The position numbers and the translations under genes are program-made. A stretch of 64,000 nucleotides of DNA. Origin: Octopus bimaculoides. Taxonomy: Eukaryota. Under the pieces are notes generated by a model. That model saw only the letters and a list, made by a program, of their open reading frames with translations. It searched no databases and was not told the DNA's origin. Of this stretch, positions 60,132-64,000 are shown piece after piece. The stretch is taken from positions 49,522,104 through 49,586,103 of the forward strand of contig NC_068987.1 of assembly GCF_001194135.2 (NCBI RefSeq), written 5' to 3'. Positions within the stretch are counted from its first letter, which is position 1. Every line of letters begins with the position of its first letter.

Positions 60132-60362
60132 TGTGGTATGACGTCAGCAACTGGGGAGCTGACCGGAACGGCGAGTAGACCGGAAGAGGAAGAATGGCAG
60201 AGGGAGCCTTGATCGGGATTTCGTGCCCTTTTCGAACGGGGTTGTTGTCAGGAGAGGACGTGCTAAGCGACGGTCTAGGTTTGGGAGAAGCAGCTGCTAT
60301 TCCTAGTGTTCTTCGGGTCGGGGCAAGCTTCGAGGATCGGATACCGCAAGACAGACTTGCAG
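60132..60362 (+). repeat. 3' LTR of the younger element (end in gap), preceded by purine-rich PPT-like ATCAGGGTGGCG
   Basis: Starts TGTGGTATG; matches the 56511 LTR. Confidence 0.9.
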
Positions 60363-60866
60363 NNNNNNNNNNNNNNNNNNNNNNNNNNNNNNNNNNNNNN
60401 NNNNNNNNNNNNNNNNNNNNNNNNNNNNNNNNNNNNNNNNNNNNNNNNNNNNNNNNNNNNNNNNNNNNNNNNNNNNNNNNNNNNNNNNNNNNNNNNNNNN
60501 NNNNNNNNNNNNNNNNNNNNNNNNNNNNNNNNNNNNNNNNNNNNNNNNNNNNNNNNNNNNNNNNNNNNNNNNNNNNNNNNNNNNNNNNNNNNNNNNNNNN
60601 NNNNNNNNNNNNNNNNNNNNNNNNNNNNNNNNNNNNNNNNNNNNNNNNNNNNNNNNNNNNNNNNNNNNNNNNNNNNNNNNNNNNNNNNNNNNNNNNNNNN
60701 NNNNNNNNNNNNNNNNNNNNNNNNNNNNNNNNNNNNNNNNNNNNNNNNNNNNNNNNNNNNNNNNNNNNNNNNNNNNNNNNNNNNNNNNNNNNNNNNNNNN
60801 NNNNNNNNNNNNNNNNNNNNNNNNNNNNNNNNNNNNNNNNNNNNNNNNNNNNNNNNNNNNNNNNNN

Positions 60867-60916
60867 TGTCTGGAGGGAGAAAGATGGCGCTCAGCGAGTT
60901 AGTAGTACAAGCTCGC
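60867..60916 (+). mobile_element. Repeat of gag sequence after the 3' LTR
   Basis: Identical to 57159-57208; the intervening gap (504 N) is close to the 519 bp expected from the first copy. Confidence 0.85.
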
Positions 60917-61538
60917 ATATACCACAATAACCTCCATCAATTCGAAGAACAACGTCTCTGTCGATGGTATGCCATGCCATGTTTTGAATGTGCTGAAGAT
61001 TGTCAATGCCTCAGAGGATGAAACCAGCAACAGTGGGCAAGATGATGAAGACAGCAGCAGTAAGCAAGATGATGAAGCCAGCAGCAGCGTACCAGGAACT
61101 CAGGCCAGTCCCGGGGTCGCACAGCGACCACAGAGGGAGCAGCACCCTCCTCCCTGGTTGGCTGATTATGAAACCAATTAAGGTGTGAGTTTGGGAGCGA
61201 GGAGTGAGTGGTAAAGCCGGTTGAGTGATCTGTAGATCAGGGGTCATGTGGTGTTTGTGGTGTTATGGGCTTTGATGAGCTATGTGGTGTTGGTGGAGAG
61301 GATTGCAGATGAGGCAAACGGAAGTGAAGACTGCAGGGGGCGGCGGAAGAGCCACAGGAGCATGCGTGGACACAGAGCACAAGATTGACTGTTTAACCAA
61401 GTTAAAAAGACGATCGATTAGTTAGTTGGATAGATATTTAACCAACTGACTGATAATAAAGGAGCGCAATTTAACTGGTGCGTGTTATTAGTATTGGTGT
61501 AATCATTTCCATCACCACCACCACCACCAGACACAACA
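60917..61538 (+). mobile_element. Older LTR element right part: integrase tail, PPT and its own LTR (61247-61538)
   Basis: ITSINSKNNVSVDGMPCHVL..PPPWLADYETN*; AGATCAGGGG then TGTGGTGTT...ACACAACA; LTR sequence unrelated to the 60132 LTR. Confidence 0.8.
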
Positions 61539-61539
61539 A

Positions 61540-61790
61540 TCTATATATATAAAAATGAGAATGTGTGTCTGTCTGTGTGAATCCCTANNNNNNNNNNNNN
61601 NNNNNNNNNNNNNNNNNNNNNNNNNNNNNNNNNNNNNNNNNNNNNNNNNNNNNNNNNNNNNNNNNNNNNNNNNNNNNNNNNNNNNNNGATCTAAGCGATT
61701 ATTTGTTGAAAGTTTCATTAAAAAATATCCATTTTCCTGGAAGTTATGAGGCAACAAAGTCGGTGGGGTATACAACTGTAGATAGACCTA
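61540..61790 (+). mobile_element. Possible non-autonomous Helitron-like element (partly in gap)
   Basis: A|TCTATATATATAAAAATGAGAATGTGTGTCTGTCTG head; GAGGCAACAAAGTCGGTGGGGTATACAACTGTAG end motif shared with the 12.4 and 14.2 kb family. Confidence 0.45.
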
Positions 61791-62137
61791 TGATATTTAG
61801 TGTAAACATGTAATATGAACATTCAAACATGGGCACTCTCTTCCCAAATCCTACTGCATTTCAAATGGAATTTTTGGTCCTCCAAAGTCATCTCAGTGTA
61901 TCAGTTGACCGACCTGTTATTGGCTGTAAATTTTGGTCTGCAAAAAAAACCGACTTGTATGCCAAAAAATACGGTAGAAGAGCCAGCACAGTATGATTAT
62001 ATAAATTTCAAAAATTTAACAAATGTATATTCAATGACTCAGGGAAAAAAGTTGCAAGTTGGAACAAGACTATTTTTGCCTCAACCACTAACTCCAGTCT
62101 CAAAATCGAAGGAGGCTCTCAAGCTTATTCGTTTTTC

Positions 62138-62398
62138 GGTACTACTAAAGCAGCACGGTCCCGAACGAGCAGTCGCGCGTCCGCGCTAGCTAGTCTTGAG
62201 TGGTCGATCCTAACCCTAACCCTATCCCTAACTCTAACCCTAACCCTGTCCCTAACCCTAACCCTAACCCTATCCCTAACCCGCGTGTGCAAATGAATAC
62301 GTGTTTAGGGTTAGGGTTAGGGTTAGGATCGACCACTCACGACTAGCTAGCGCAGACGCGCGACTGCGCGTTCGGGACCGTGCTGCTTTAGTAGTACC
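62138..62398. mobile_element. Palindromic MITE with ~85 bp TIRs and telomere-like repeats
   Basis: GGTACTACTAAAGCAGCACGGTCCCGAACG.. vs rc; (CCCTAA)-type tract 62209-62282; (TTAGGG)3TTAGG at 62305-62327; possible TA target duplication. Confidence 0.9.
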
Positions 62399-62749
62399 CG
62401 TTTTTGTTTTTGTTTTACATGGGCCTGTCAGATATTCACAAGCATGGATCCATGGACTGTAGTTCAAGGTACCAGCTACAAGCTCCTCTTGTATGTCCGA
62501 CATGTATTTGGATTCATTGTTAAAATATAACATAAATACTTAATAGTCACTTACCTCGAATCTTTCAGAAGAATATTTCTATTGCATAACGAAGCTGAAT
62601 ATAAGTTAACTGCGTGCTGGGCGTTTACTTTCAATTTCAATTTGTATATAAGGCTTAAAAAAGTACATATCTCGCACACACATACACACACTAGCGCGCG
62701 CGCACGTACACATTCATACTGGCCAAGATAAAAAAAAAATCTAATATAT

Positions 62750-63150
62750 AGGCGCAGCGTGGCTGTGTAGTGAGTGAGAAGCTTGCTTCCCAACCACATG
62801 GTTCCGGGTTCAGTCTCATTGCATGGCACCTTGGGCAAGTATCTTCAACTATAACCACAGGCGAACCAAAGCCTTGTGAGTCGATTCAGTAGATGGAAAT
62901 CGGAAAAAGCCCGTCATATATATTATATATATGTATATATTTGTGTGTGTGTGTCTGTGTTTGTTCCCCCTGCCATCGCTTGACAACCGATGCTGGTGTG
63001 TTTATGTTCCCGTAACTCAGTGGTTCAGCAGAGAGACCGATAGAATAAGTAATAGGCTTACAAAGAATAAGTCCTGAGGTTAGCTAACACCCTTTAAGAC
63101 GGTGCTCCAGCATGGCGACATTCAATTGACTGAAACAAGTAAAAGAATAT
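62750..63150 (+). mobile_element. SINE family 1 copy
   Basis: Head-to-tail match. Confidence 0.88.
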
Positions 63151-63349
63151 ATATTTATCCCCACTTAAACGTAAGTGTTCTGATGGAACCAACTATACAA
63201 ATTCTCTTATTGATACAAATTCTCTTATTGGTTTTTTGAGACAAAATGTACTCGTGTTTATTTTGCTAGCAGGGTCTGGTGGTCTCGGTGCTGGAGGTAG
63301 CAGGGATTTATCTCTCCCACCCGACTAGTGATGTAAACAAGAGTGCATT

Positions 63350-63541
63350 TTGTTTCAGTCATTTGATTGTGGCCTTGCTGGAGCACTGCCTTTAGTCAAA
63401 CAAATCAACCCCAGGACTTATTCTTTGTAAACCTAGAACTTATTCTACCAGTCTCTTTTACCAAACCACTAAGTTATAGGAACGTAAACACACCAACATT
63501 GGTTGTCAAGCGATAGTGGGGGAGAAACAGACACACAAATA

Positions 63542-63593
<52 letters not shown>

Positions 63594-63712
63594 CGATGGG
63601 CTTCTTTCAGTTTCCATCTACCAAATCCACTCACAAGGCTTTGGTTGGCTTAAAGCTATAGTAGAAGACACTTGGCTAAGGTGCCATACAGTGGCACTGA
63701 ACCTAGAACCAT
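63350..63712 (-). mobile_element. SINE family 1 copy, inverted relative to 62750
   Basis: Reverse-complement match. Confidence 0.88.
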
Positions 63713-63727
63713 ATGTTGTCTGGTCAT

Positions 63728-63803
63728 TTCTGCTGACGATAGTCCGACCTTGTAAGATATAATCTTTATCTTACTAAAATTGACTTGAAACCATGGTACA
63801 GAA
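63728..63803 (+). ncRNA. Minimal type-I hammerhead ribozyme, CATG loop, GUA site
   Basis: TTCTG-CTGACGA-T AGTC..GTAAGATA/TATCTTAC..GACT T-GAAAC-CATG-GTA-CAGAA. Stem I 5 bp, full core, U.U at the base of stem II. Confidence 0.8.
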
Positions 63804-64000
63804 TATAGATTGGTAAAAGTTTTTATTTTTCATTTCCTTTCGAAATTATCCCTAACTTTTGTGGTATGTAGTCTTTTGCTGCTATTTCTAGCGAGTAGAT
63901 GTCCTATTATAGACATCTCTGCATTTTAAATATATATATATATATATAGACACTACCCAGTTCAACCCATAGAGGATGGAATCAGACGTGCATCACAAAT

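Noticed and set aside
62209-62327. True chromosome end or telomere-healing site
   Set aside because: Repeats are short, point inward on both strands and lie inside TIRs.

Overview
AT-rich animal genomic DNA from a gapped draft scaffold (13 N-runs). The SINE, RTE and mariner families and the dense (TA)n/(TG)n/(TACA)n microsatellites look like octopod cephalopod (Octopus-type) sequence; this is an inference from recalled repeat families. I find no intact protein-coding gene. Nearly all long ORFs are N-gap artefacts, microsatellite read-through or decayed transposon ORFs. The window holds mariner, maT, Tc1, pogo, hAT, Helitron/Helentron-like, CR1, RTE, L1/Tx1-like and Penelope-like (PLE) relics, several SINE families, and a CpG-rich nested LTR-retrotransposon cluster at 55.4-61.5 kb. 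The most notable signals are: (1) at least four sequence variants of minimal type-I hammerhead ribozyme motif with palindromic stem-III sequences (AGCT, ATAT, CATG loops, loop-less ACGT), repeatedly embedded in fold-back structures, with near-intact copies at 10387(+), 22960(-), 47047(+) and 63728(+); (2) an ORF1-only zinc-knuckle retroelement that shares its 3' tail with a SINE and sits in a chain of insertions into that SINE's tRNA-like head; (3) a compact LTR element with a DIRS-like RNase H and a GGGAAAC -1 frameshift site; (4) a palindromic MITE carrying TTAGGG telomeric repeats. All coordinates and alignments were read by eye and are approximate to a few bases.
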